The translations under genes were made by a program, and so were the position numbers. Shown one piece after another: positions 25,008-34,632 of a stretch of 37,695 bases of DNA; position 1 is the stretch's first letter, and every line of letters begins with the position of its first letter. The DNA comes from a virus (taxonomy: Duplodnaviria; Caudoviricetes). The notes under the pieces were generated by a model. The model was not told the origin of the DNA, ran no database searches, and worked only from the letters and a program-made list of their open reading frames with translations. Location: positions 1 through 37,695 of the IMG/VR virus record IMGVR_UViG_3300025066_001543, one strand, 5' to 3'.

Positions 25008-27575
25008 ATGTACCAAAACATTTATGTAAATAGAAGAAAGAAAGAAGTCATCATATGGGATGATATTAAGGGTAAATTAACGTTACCTATATATGGCCGT
25101 AGTGCAACAGATTATGGATTTGCGTACGGGTACAAGAAAAGTTCTAGTGGTAAGTATCATGATATTTACGGTAATAAGTTTAATAAATTTAAACTAGCTG
25201 GTCGGTTATCTGAAGAAGATAGGTACTCTACTAATTTTGCTGAAACAGACGTACCCCACGACACTAGGGCCTTAATAGATCTTTATTACGGGAGTGATGA
25301 GATGTCAACTGGTCACCGTACTTTATTTTTTGATATAGAAACGGAAATATTACAAGGATTCCCTGACAGTAATAACCCAGTTAATAAAATAACTGCAATA
25401 TCTTATTACATAGATTGTATAGATCAGTATGTAGCTTTAATATTAGATGAAGATGGGAAAGTACCTAAAAGTAATAAAGATAATGTAACAATTAAAAGTT
25501 ACACTACAGAGTTTGAATTACTTTCTGATTTCCTAAAACAGTATCTAGAGATAAAGCCGACTATTTTAACAGGTTGGAATATTGACTTCTTTGATATTCC
25601 TTACTTGTACAATAGAATAAATAGAGTATTTGAATCTCGAGGTATTGAAAATGCAGGAGCATTGCTAAGCTGGGATCCAGACATTAGAGATGTACATGAA
25701 AATGAAAATTTTGCACCTGGTACTTACACTATAGGAGGTGTTTCTGTTTTAGACTATTTACCGCTTTACAAAAACTTTACAATGGGAGAGAGATCTTCAT
25801 ATAGATTAGATGCTATAGGTAAGGTAGAGGTTGATATGGGTAAGATAGAATACGATGGTACACTAGATGATTTATATGAGCAAGATATTAATAAGTTTAT
25901 TGAATATAACTTAAATGATGTAATAATCGTTAAAAAAATTGACGATAAACTTAAGTACATTGATTTGGCTCGAGCTATATGTCATAAAGGTCACGTACCT
26001 TATAATAGTATATACGTAACAAGTCGTTACTTAGAGGGAGCCATATTAACGTACACTAAAAGATTAGGTATTGTAACTAAAAACAAACCACGTCGTATTA
26101 AAAAGGAAAATAAATTTACAGGTGCATATGTAAAATCTCCAGTACCGGGTAGGTATGAATGGGTATATGATCTCGACCTAACATCACTATATCCTTCTAT
26201 TATTATGACGTTAAATATATCACCAGAAAAAAAGATTGGAAAGATAGTTAATTGGGAATGGGACGAATTTCATGAAGGTAAAGACAAACATTATACGTTA
26301 GATATAGATAATAAAGAAATAGGATATACTACAGGAGACCTTAAGGAACACATTAAGAACAACAAGTATTCTGTGTCTGCTAATGGAGTCTTATACGATA
26401 CACAAAAAATAGGACTAATGCCATCTATCTTGAATACGTGGTTCGATGAACGTGTTGAGTTTAAAAATCTTATGAAGAGATATGCTAAAGAAGGTAATGA
26501 AGAAAAAAGATTATATTACCATCAACGACAGTATACTACTAAGATATTACTTAACAGTTTATATGGTGTACTCGGATTAGCATCTTTTAGGTTCTTTGAT
26601 ATTGATAATGCCGAAGCAGTTACAACAACAGGAAGACGACTAATTCAAAATACTGCAAAAATGATAAATCATTATTATGCTTCAGAATTAGGTGTAGATA
26701 AAGAATATTGTATATACATTGATACTGATTCATGCTTCACGTTAGCTGAGCCGATGATCAAAAAAAGATTTCCAAATATCGATTTTACAGATCAAGAATT
26801 AATATCTCAAAAGACATTAGAATTGGCAGCTGAAGTACAGGGTCATATAAATACTTCTTACAATTTATATGCTAAAAGATTTCATTTTGTAGACTCACAT
26901 CGATTTGAAATTAAACAAGAATATGTTGCAAGAGCAGGATTTTGGGTAGCTAAAAAGAGATACGCTCAGTGGATCATAAATAATGAAGGTGCACCGGTTG
27001 ACAGACTAGACGTAAAAGGGTTAGATGTAGTAAGATCTAATTTCCCTAGGGCATTTAGAGACTTTATGAGCGGTATATTAGAAGATATTCTTAAAGGTGA
27101 AACGAAAGAGTATATTGATACAAAAATCCTAGATTTTAAAGAAGAGATAAGACATTTACCGTTAACGTTAATAGGAAAACCTACTGGTGTTAAAAAAATC
27201 AAAAAGTTTCTAGATACAAATACAGATAGTAATATAGATATAGCTATTAAAGGTACACCTGTTCATGTTAAATCAGCAATGGCATATAATAATTTTTTAA
27301 GATTAAAAAATCTTACTCGTGATTATTCTCCTATACGTGAAGGTGATAAGATTATGTGGTTATATCTTAAAGATAATAAATATAAGTACGAAACAATAGC
27401 ATTTAAAGGGGATGAAGACCCTGATCAAATCATGGATTTTTTAACAAAGTACATTGATTACGAAAAAACATTTAATTCTAATTTAGAAAATAAATTACAA
27501 GACTTCTACCAAGCTTTACAGTGGGGTAAGATACCTGAAAATGCATTAATTAACGAATTTTTTAATTTCTCATAA
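25008..27575 (+). CDS. Family B DNA polymerase with 3'-5' exonuclease
   Basis: FDIET, GWNIDFFDIPY, YNLND, DLTSLYPS, KILLNSLYG, YIDTDS, KKRYA. Confidence 0.97.
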   Translation: MYQNIYVNRRKKEVIIWDDIKGKLTLPIYGRSATDYGFAYGYKKSSSGKYHDIYGNKFNKFKLAGRLSEEDRYSTNFAETDVPHDTRALIDLYYGSDEMSTGHRTLFFDIETEILQGFPDSNNPVNKITAISYYIDCIDQYVALILDEDGKVPKSNKDNVTIKSYTTEFELLSDFLKQYLEIKPTILTGWNIDFFDIPYLYNRINRVFESRGIENAGALLSWDPDIRDVHENENFAPGTYTIGGVSVLDYLPLYKNFTMGERSSYRLDAIGKVEVDMGKIEYDGTLDDLYEQDINKFIEYNLNDVIIVKKIDDKLKYIDLARAICHKGHVPYNSIYVTSRYLEGAILTYTKRLGIVTKNKPRRIKKENKFTGAYVKSPVPGRYEWVYDLDLTSLYPSIIMTLNISPEKKIGKIVNWEWDEFHEGKDKHYTLDIDNKEIGYTTGDLKEHIKNNKYSVSANGVLYDTQKIGLMPSILNTWFDERVEFKNLMKRYAKEGNEEKRLYYHQRQYTTKILLNSLYGVLGLASFRFFDIDNAEAVTTTGRRLIQNTAKMINHYYASELGVDKEYCIYIDTDSCFTLAEPMIKKRFPNIDFTDQELISQKTLELAAEVQGHINTSYNLYAKRFHFVDSHRFEIKQEYVARAGFWVAKKRYAQWIINNEGAPVDRLDVKGLDVVRSNFPRAFRDFMSGILEDILKGETKEYIDTKILDFKEEIRHLPLTLIGKPTGVKKIKKFLDTNTDSNIDIAIKGTPVHVKSAMAYNNFLRLKNLTRDYSPIREGDKIMWLYLKDNKYKYETIAFKGDEDPDQIMDFLTKYIDYEKTFNSNLENKLQDFYQALQWGKIPENALINEFFNFS

Positions 27576-27576
27576 T

Positions 27577-28293
27577 ATGAATAAAGATATATTTGTCAAG
27601 TTTATTAATAAGTACTACCTAGGTGGTGAAATTGATAAAGCTAAAATAGTGGCTGAAGGTAATATGATAACTACTAAAGCAACCAATGACAGTCATAACT
27701 TGCTATGTAGTGTTATATTAAATGACTTTACGTTAGATACAGGGATGTACGGAATATATAATACATCCTTACTACTTAAACTAATTAATGTACTAGAAGA
27801 TACAGTAGATATTAACATAACAAAAAAGGAAAATATACCAACAGGGCTTAACATAAATGATAATATATCTAATGTGGAGTATGTGCTGGCTGATACCAAT
27901 GTTATACCTACATCTCCAACATTAAAACAGTTACCACCGCCAAATGTTTACTTAAAACTTAACAGTGATATAGTAACAAAGTACAATAAATGTTTTAATG
28001 CTTTGTCTGATATCGATAATGTAACACTGTTAACAAAAGACAATAACATACATATAGTGTTTGGGTACGCAACTACTAATTCAAATAGGATTAGTTTCAA
28101 AGTCAATGGAGATATAACTTCTGACTTAAAACCTATATCATTTAACGCGAAAATATTCAAGGAAATTATTACTACTAATAAAGATATAATAGGAGATATG
28201 GAAATATCTGATAAAGGGTTAGCTAGTATAAAATATAAGGATACCTTATTTACAGCAGATTATTTTTTAATTGCTTCAAATTTAAATAAATAA
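27577..28293 (+). CDS. Sliding clamp, gp45/PCNA-like
   Basis: 238 aa beta-rich protein between polymerase and clamp loader; GIY....L and YFL patterns. Confidence 0.75.
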   Translation: MNKDIFVKFINKYYLGGEIDKAKIVAEGNMITTKATNDSHNLLCSVILNDFTLDTGMYGIYNTSLLLKLINVLEDTVDINITKKENIPTGLNINDNISNVEYVLADTNVIPTSPTLKQLPPPNVYLKLNSDIVTKYNKCFNALSDIDNVTLLTKDNNIHIVFGYATTNSNRISFKVNGDITSDLKPISFNAKIFKEIITTNKDIIGDMEISDKGLASIKYKDTLFTADYFLIASNLNK

Positions 28294-29222
28294 TGTTTAA
28301 CAGAACTGAAAATACTTTATTTGTAGAGAAATATCGACCAGGAAAATTAGAAAACTATATTTGTAGTTCCTTAATGAAGGAAACGATTCAATCCTATATA
28401 GATAAACAAGATATACCACATTTATTATTATATGGGGATGCAGGTACAGGTAAAACAACATTAGCTAAATTATTAGTCAATAACATTGAATGTGATCATA
28501 TCTATATTAATGCTAGCGATGAAAATAATGTTGATACGGTACGAGACAAAATTAAATTATTTGCATCTTCTGTCGGGTTTATGCCGTTAAAGGTTGTAAT
28601 ATTAGATGAATCTGAGTACTTAACACCAAACGCTCAAGCTGCATTAAGAAACTTAATGGAGACTTTTTCACAAACTACAAGATTTATACTGACTTGTAAT
28701 TATGTAGAAAAAGTAATAGATCCAATACAAAGTAGATGTCAGTCATTTAATATCACACCTCCTTCAAAACCAGAAGTTGCAAAACACGTAAAAAATATAC
28801 TAGATATTGAAGGTGTTAAATATACCCCAACTGATCTAGTAGCTATAATCAATTCAAATTACCCTGATATAAGACGTACAATAAATACCACTCAACGATT
28901 AGTTGTTGGTAATACATTAAAATTAGATAAGATAAGTATTATTGAAACTAATTATACAACTAAGATCATAGAAATGATAAGTGGTACAGGGAATACTAAA
29001 GAGAAATTTAAAGGTATAAGAAAATTTTTAGCAGACAATCAAGTTCGTGATTATCAAAATTTATTTCGAGAATTATACGATAATTCAGAACTGTTGTTTC
29101 AAGACCAAGCTACTGCATTATTAGATATAGCAGAATATCAATACAAAGCTGCATTTGTTGTAGATCAAGAAATAAACATTTGCGCACTATTAATTAAATT
29201 ATTAAACAATACAAAAAATTAA
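28293..29222 (+). CDS. Clamp loader ATPase subunit (RFC small / gp44)
   Basis: VEKYRP, GDAGTGKTT, INASDE, ILDE, QAALR, SRC, PDIR. Confidence 0.95.
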   Translation: MFNRTENTLFVEKYRPGKLENYICSSLMKETIQSYIDKQDIPHLLLYGDAGTGKTTLAKLLVNNIECDHIYINASDENNVDTVRDKIKLFASSVGFMPLKVVILDESEYLTPNAQAALRNLMETFSQTTRFILTCNYVEKVIDPIQSRCQSFNITPPSKPEVAKHVKNILDIEGVKYTPTDLVAIINSNYPDIRRTINTTQRLVVGNTLKLDKISIIETNYTTKIIEMISGTGNTKEKFKGIRKFLADNQVRDYQNLFRELYDNSELLFQDQATALLDIAEYQYKAAFVVDQEINICALLIKLLNNTKN

Positions 29223-29228
29223 GTTATT

Positions 29229-29516
29229 ATGAAAGCACAACCACTAGGTGATAGAGTCTTAATTAAGGAAGATACTACTGAGCAGAGAAGTAGTGTAGGG
29301 ATTATTATTCCCGACACTGTCGACGGAGCCCACAAAAAAGGGACCATTGCTGCAATAGGAACAGGGTTATTTACTCAGACTGGAGATAAGATTCCTATGA
29401 CCATTAAGCAGGGAGATACTGTTTTATTTGATAAATCATTCTCCAGTAAAACAGTTAAAGTAGAAGGAGAGGAATATGTAATTCTTCGTGAGAGTGATAT
29501 ATTAATGATTATATAA
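29229..29516 (+). CDS. groES: Co-chaperonin GroES
   Basis: PLGDRVLI, GIIIPD, GDTVLF, ILRESDIL. Confidence 0.95.
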   Translation: MKAQPLGDRVLIKEDTTEQRSSVGIIIPDTVDGAHKKGTIAAIGTGLFTQTGDKIPMTIKQGDTVLFDKSFSSKTVKVEGEEYVILRESDILMII

Positions 29517-29526
29517 AAAGTAAATT

Positions 29527-29778
29527 ATGGCTAAAATAAGAAATATTTCTGGAAAACCACAACCTGGTGCTTCAGCAAAAGTTAATGTTGATCTAACTAA
29601 AGCTTCTGATCTACAGTGCTCTAATTGTGAGTGTAAGGTATTTGAAGCAGCATTTATGTTTAAGAAATTATCAGCTCTAGTATCCCCGACAGGACAGGAA
29701 ACTCTAGTTCCTGTACAGACATTTAAGTGCTCTGAGTGCGGGAATATTGAAGATATGTTTTTACCAGAAACACAGTAA
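29527..29778 (+). CDS. Zinc-ribbon hypothetical protein
   Basis: CSNC ... CSECG pairs. Confidence 0.75.
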   Translation: MAKIRNISGKPQPGASAKVNVDLTKASDLQCSNCECKVFEAAFMFKKLSALVSPTGQETLVPVQTFKCSECGNIEDMFLPETQ

Positions 29779-29783
29779 TAAGT

Positions 29784-30224
29784 GTGAAAAAACAGGCTAC
29801 TTTATTTGATCATCTGAATAATATTTCGTATATTAAGAAAGAATGGTCGTCTCTATCAGAGATGGATAAAAAGACATTCTCTACATATATGATTAATAGG
29901 TTCCTTTCAATGTCAACTACATATATTGATTTGGTGAATGAAATACAGCATTACACTAACGGTCAATTAGGAGATAAAGAAGTATATAATTTATATAAAG
30001 AGATATTACCGAAAAGGAAAGCTTTTTTTGGTTACATTAAGGGCTCCAAAAAGGAAAAATATAATCCAGACTTACTAAGTTACTTAAAGGAGTATTACGA
30101 AGTCAGCAATCGAGAGTTATATGATTATTTAGATATATTATCAATTGATGACATAACAGATATTTTAAGTAAATTTGGGTTAAATCAAAAAGATATAAAT
30201 AAATTAGTAAAGCATGAAAAATAG
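29784..30224 (+). CDS. Probable clamp loader small subunit, gp62-like
   Basis: LFD.LN.I, YMINRFLS, PKRK.F, YY..S..E patterns; near gp44-like gene. Confidence 0.65.
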   Translation: MKKQATLFDHLNNISYIKKEWSSLSEMDKKTFSTYMINRFLSMSTTYIDLVNEIQHYTNGQLGDKEVYNLYKEILPKRKAFFGYIKGSKKEKYNPDLLSYLKEYYEVSNRELYDYLDILSIDDITDILSKFGLNQKDINKLVKHEK

Positions 30225-31161
30225 TAAAACATTTTTTGACTTCAATGTCAATACGGAAAAACCAGCTGGGGTTAGAACTATTAGTTGGTCACAATTTGCT
30301 ATGTACAGTCAATGTCCACATCACTGGAAGTTAAATTACGCTGAGGGGTTAAGAGAGTTTAGACAAAGTATTCATACTATTTTCGGGACTGCGTTCCACG
30401 AAACAATGCAACATTATTTAGATATAATGTACAATGACAGTATTAAGAAAGCTGATGATATGGATTGTAATAAAATGTTATCAGATCAAATGTTTACCTT
30501 GTATAAAGAAGCAGTAGGTGAAATGGGATCACATTTTTCTACAAAAGAAGAGTTAGGAGAATTCTATCAAGATGGAATTGCAATATTAGATTGGTTCAAA
30601 AAAAAGCGAGCAGGGTATTTTTCAACAAAAGGATATCAATTAGTAGGTATTGAAATGCCTATAATGCACCCAGCATCTAGTGTTAATCCAAGCGTGTACA
30701 TGAATGGGTTTATTGATTTAGTAATTAGAGATACAGATCAAGATAAGATTATAATTTACGATATTAAAACATCAACTAAAGGTTGGAACAAATATCAAAA
30801 ATCTGACAAGTACAAAGCTAATCAACTAGTACTGTACAAATCATACTTTGCTAAACAATACGGGTATCCAGAAGATAAAATTGAAATAAAGTACTTTATC
30901 GTTAAACGTAAGTTAATCGAAGGATTTGCATATCCTCAAAAACGAATACAAGAATTCGTTCCTGCATCCGGAAAACCAACTATAAATAAATTACATCGAG
31001 AGATTGATTCATTTATAACCCAATGTTTTGCACATGACGGAAGCTTTAAAACGGATACAAACTACTTACCTATTGCTGGTAAAAAAGGTAAAAATTGTAG
31101 ATGGTGTGAATGGAAGGATAACGAAGATAAATGTCCTGCAGGAAATAGAATTAAGGAATGA
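30214..31161 (+). CDS. PD-(D/E)XK nuclease, Cas4/RecB-like
   Basis: QCP, FGTAFHE, GFIDL, YDIKT, QL..Y, CRWC..C. Confidence 0.85.
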   Translation: MKNSKTFFDFNVNTEKPAGVRTISWSQFAMYSQCPHHWKLNYAEGLREFRQSIHTIFGTAFHETMQHYLDIMYNDSIKKADDMDCNKMLSDQMFTLYKEAVGEMGSHFSTKEELGEFYQDGIAILDWFKKKRAGYFSTKGYQLVGIEMPIMHPASSVNPSVYMNGFIDLVIRDTDQDKIIIYDIKTSTKGWNKYQKSDKYKANQLVLYKSYFAKQYGYPEDKIEIKYFIVKRKLIEGFAYPQKRIQEFVPASGKPTINKLHREIDSFITQCFAHDGSFKTDTNYLPIAGKKGKNCRWCEWKDNEDKCPAGNRIKE

Positions 31162-31559
31162 GAATCGCAATAACAGGGTCTCGACTTTACGAAGACAAAA
31201 GAAAAGTAAAGGAACTCATATTTCAATTAAAACAAAAATTTGGTACCGATCTTGAAATAGCTTCCGGAGGGACAAAGGATGGGATTGATAGATATGCAAA
31301 AAAATATAGCTTAGATCTTGGACTGCAGTACCTTGAATATAACCCACAGTACACACAACATAATTTATACAGTAGGTTTAGTGAACAAGCCTATAATAAA
31401 CCATACCATGTATCTCAAATACATAAACGAAACGATTTTATGGTAAAGGAAAGTGATATGTTGATTTGTTTTATATATGAAAACGAGTCATTAAACGGAA
31501 TTCAAGGTACAATTAAAGCAGCTAAGAGGTACGGTAAAAAATATGTTATTATAACTTAA
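31158..31559 (+). CDS. SLOG-family (YspA/DUF2493-like) protein
   Basis: IAITGSR, SGG..G.D, RN..MV..SD, GT. Confidence 0.75.
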   Translation: MRIAITGSRLYEDKRKVKELIFQLKQKFGTDLEIASGGTKDGIDRYAKKYSLDLGLQYLEYNPQYTQHNLYSRFSEQAYNKPYHVSQIHKRNDFMVKESDMLICFIYENESLNGIQGTIKAAKRYGKKYVIIT

Positions 31560-31565
31560 AAAAAA

Positions 31566-31599
31566 TATAGAATTCTATAGTTTTCTATATATTTCTACA
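31566..31599. promoter_or_regulatory. Phased repeats plus palindrome, candidate operator
   Basis: TTCTA(T/C)A at 31573, 31583, 31593; palindrome TATAGAATTCTATA 31566-31579. Confidence 0.55.
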
Positions 31600-31611
31600 T
31601 ATTTATTATAT

Positions 31612-31752
31612 ATGCATAGAAGTGAAAAAACAACAGTACAGGTTGACAAGAAAATTAAAGATCTTTTCAAGTTATACTGCGCAAAAAAAGGTTACAAAAT
31701 ATCAGGGAAAGTAGAACAGTTAATGTTAATGTGCGTCTCTGGAAGTATATAA
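31612..31752 (+). CDS. Small ribbon-helix-helix-like DNA-binding protein (46 aa), not in the ORF track
   Basis: MHRSEKTTVQVDKKIKDLFKLYCAKKGYKISGKVEQLM...: strand, helix, G-x-x-x-S turn, helix. Confidence 0.65.
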   Translation: MHRSEKTTVQVDKKIKDLFKLYCAKKGYKISGKVEQLMLMCVSGSI

Positions 31753-31782
31753 TAGTTATTAATTATTTAAATATAAAACAAA

Positions 31783-33285
31783 ATGACACAACTTAAGTTA
31801 CCTAAACTTAAAAAAATTCAAAAAATAGATTACAAATTTCCAATCGGTTCAACAAGAAATGGGTTTCCAGTACTACCAAAAAATGAAAGAAAAACAATTC
31901 TTTTATTAGGAGATGATATGAGAATGCATTCGGGCATAGCAACTATGTCTAAAGAATTCGTTACAAATTCATGTCATTATTTTAACTGGATAAATTTAGG
32001 AGGAGCAATTAAACATCCAGAAGCAGGTAAGGTAATTGATCTGTCGAGAGATACAGAAGAAGAAACTGGTGTTGAAGATGTTTACACTAAATTGTACCCT
32101 ACAAATGGTTACGGGAACCAGGATCAACTAAGACAGTTAATTGCAATTGAAAAGCCAGACGGAATAGTACACTTTACAGATCCAAGATTTTGGTTATGGT
32201 TATATCAAATGGCTCCTGAATTTAATGCAGGTGAAAACGCAATACCTCTAATGTACTATAATATATGGGACGACGCTCCACCACCAATGTGGAATAAACC
32301 ATTTTATGAATCATGTGACAGTCTTTTTTGTATATCCAAACAAACAATGGGGTTAGTCAAGACAGTATTAGGTGAAGATAACTATAGATTGATCGACGAA
32401 AATAATAACAAAAGATTAGTTAGTTATATTCCACACGGTGTTAATCACAGATATAAACCCTTAACAGAGAAAGAGGATATAGAAAAATTAACAACACGTA
32501 AAAAAGATATGTTTCAGGATAAAGAATATGATTTTATTGTATTTTGGAACAATAGAAATATAAGAAGAAAACAACCCGGGGATGTTATATTAGGATTTAA
32601 GCATTTCTGTGATAAAATAACAGCTGAACAGAGATCAAGATGCTTACTTCTGATGCACACACAACCGGTAGATGAAAACGGTACTGATTTACCAGCTGTT
32701 TGTCAGATGGTGGCTCCCGACTGTAATGTTATGTTTTCAAATAAACAAACATCCACAGAGGATATGAACTTATATTATAATATGGCTGATATTACAGTTA
32801 ATATTGCATCAAATGAAGGTTTTGGATTAGGTACGTGTGAATCCTTGAGAGCTGGAACACCGATAGTAGTTAACGTTACTGGAGGATTACAAGATCAATG
32901 CGGTTTTAAAAATGAAAAAGAAACCTACCTGTGCGCAAACGTATACGGAAAAGACAGATGGTATTCCAATCATGATGGTAAATATAAAAACCATGGGGAA
33001 TGGGTTAAGCCAGTATTCCCTTCAAATCGTAGCTTACAAGGTTCGGTACCTACTCCATATATCTTCGATGATCGCGCAAAATTTGAAGATCTAGGAGATG
33101 CAATATATGACTGGTACAAGACACCTAAAAAGGATAGAATTGCAGCAGGAATGACCGGTCATGAATATGTAATGAGCACAGAAGCTGATATGTCAGGAGA
33201 AGCGATGGGACGTAATTTTATGTCTCATATCGATAATACGTTTGAAAATTTTACACCAAGAAAAAGATTTACAATCTATAAATAA
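31783..33285 (+). CDS. GT-B (GT4-like) glycosyltransferase
   Basis: SGIA, YIPHGV, NRNIRRK, YNMADI, NEGFGL..CES...GTP. Confidence 0.9.
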   Translation: MTQLKLPKLKKIQKIDYKFPIGSTRNGFPVLPKNERKTILLLGDDMRMHSGIATMSKEFVTNSCHYFNWINLGGAIKHPEAGKVIDLSRDTEEETGVEDVYTKLYPTNGYGNQDQLRQLIAIEKPDGIVHFTDPRFWLWLYQMAPEFNAGENAIPLMYYNIWDDAPPPMWNKPFYESCDSLFCISKQTMGLVKTVLGEDNYRLIDENNNKRLVSYIPHGVNHRYKPLTEKEDIEKLTTRKKDMFQDKEYDFIVFWNNRNIRRKQPGDVILGFKHFCDKITAEQRSRCLLLMHTQPVDENGTDLPAVCQMVAPDCNVMFSNKQTSTEDMNLYYNMADITVNIASNEGFGLGTCESLRAGTPIVVNVTGGLQDQCGFKNEKETYLCANVYGKDRWYSNHDGKYKNHGEWVKPVFPSNRSLQGSVPTPYIFDDRAKFEDLGDAIYDWYKTPKKDRIAAGMTGHEYVMSTEADMSGEAMGRNFMSHIDNTFENFTPRKRFTIYK

Positions 33286-33291
33286 TATAAT

Positions 33292-34632
33292 ATGGAAAAA
33301 ACACTTTGCTTAGTACAAGGACCTGCATCGTCAAGATCAGGATATGGGGATAGATTAAGAGATTTAATAAGAAGTTTAGTTTCCTTAAAAGGAAATGAAT
33401 GGGATATAAGAGTATTTGATTTACCGTGGGGAAGCTGTCCAAAGAATGCTTTAAATGAAAAAGATCCAAATGATGCTTGTATTATTGAAAGATTAATGCA
33501 AACACCTGAACTACCAAAACAACCAGAAGTATTTATACAGGTATCTGTCCCGAATGAATTTCAGTCAATTGGTAAGTACAATATTGGAGTCACTGCAGGT
33601 ATAGAAACGGACATTTGCGATCCTACTTGGATTGAAGGTTGCAACAGGATGAATTTAATATTAACGTCATCTAATCACTCTAAAACAGTATTTGAAAAAA
33701 CTGTTTACGATAAGATGGATGAAAACACAAAACAAAAAATAGGTGAATTAAAAGTAACAACACCAGTGAATGTATTATTTGAAGGTGTAGATATTAATTT
33801 ATTTAAAAAAATAAAACAATTCCCTAGAACATTAGTTGACGAAATGTCTGCTATAAAGGAAGATTTTTGCTTTTTATTTGTTGGTCACTGGCTTCAAGGA
33901 GATTACGGGCACGACAGAAAAGATGTAGGGGTACTAGTAAAAACATTTTGTGAAGCATTTAAAAATCAACGTAAAAGACCCGCGTTAATATTAAAGACAT
34001 CGGGAGCAGGTTTCGATATAATGGATAGAAATTTAATCTTAAACAAGATACATCACTTAACACAAAATAACCCTGCATATCCTAACGTATATTTACTGCA
34101 CGGTGATTTGTTACCGGAAGAAGTAAACGCTCTGTACAATCATCCAAAAGTAAAAGCACACGTTAGCTTTACTAAAGGTGAAGGGTTTGGGAGACCGTTA
34201 GCAGAAGCTTCAATATCCGGTAAGCCTGTAATTGCAACTAATTGGGGAGGCCACATTGATTTTCTACACCCTGACTATACCATACTTTTACCAGGACGAC
34301 TTATGCCTATACATAAATCAGCTCAAATGAAAGGAATGCTTAATGAAGGATCTAAATGGTTTTACGTTAATCCTGATTATGCTGGTAAGGTGTTAAAAGA
34401 TGTATTTAAGAATTATAAAAGACACGTAGAAGCTTGTATGAAGCTTCCGCAACATATTAGAGCTAACTTTTCACTAGAAAAGATGACTGAATTATTAGGC
34501 ACGTACTTAGCAGAAAATGTAACAGAAGCTCCAAAACAAATATCGTTACAGTTACCTAAATTAAAAAAAGTTGAGACTAGTTCAACAACAGAGCCTCCAA
34601 AAATAAAATTACCTAAATTAAAAAAAGTTTAG
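33292..34632 (+). CDS. GT-B (GT4-like) glycosyltransferase
   Basis: SRSGYG, FLFVGHW, RKD, GEGFGRPLAEA...GKPVIATNWGGH. Confidence 0.9.
   Translation: MEKTLCLVQGPASSRSGYGDRLRDLIRSLVSLKGNEWDIRVFDLPWGSCPKNALNEKDPNDACIIERLMQTPELPKQPEVFIQVSVPNEFQSIGKYNIGVTAGIETDICDPTWIEGCNRMNLILTSSNHSKTVFEKTVYDKMDENTKQKIGELKVTTPVNVLFEGVDINLFKKIKQFPRTLVDEMSAIKEDFCFLFVGHWLQGDYGHDRKDVGVLVKTFCEAFKNQRKRPALILKTSGAGFDIMDRNLILNKIHHLTQNNPAYPNVYLLHGDLLPEEVNALYNHPKVKAHVSFTKGEGFGRPLAEASISGKPVIATNWGGHIDFLHPDYTILLPGRLMPIHKSAQMKGMLNEGSKWFYVNPDYAGKVLKDVFKNYKRHVEACMKLPQHIRANFSLEKMTELLGTYLAENVTEAPKQISLQLPKLKKVETSSTTEPPKIKLPKLKKV

Noticed and set aside
2396-27575. Inteins or introns in RecA, helicase, RNR and PolB
   Set aside because: Lengths are normal and motifs contiguous; no splice-junction or homing endonuclease motifs seen.
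30214-31161. Cas4-like gene as evidence of a CRISPR-Cas system
   Set aside because: Stand-alone nucleases of this family are common in phages; no cas1/cas2 or array.
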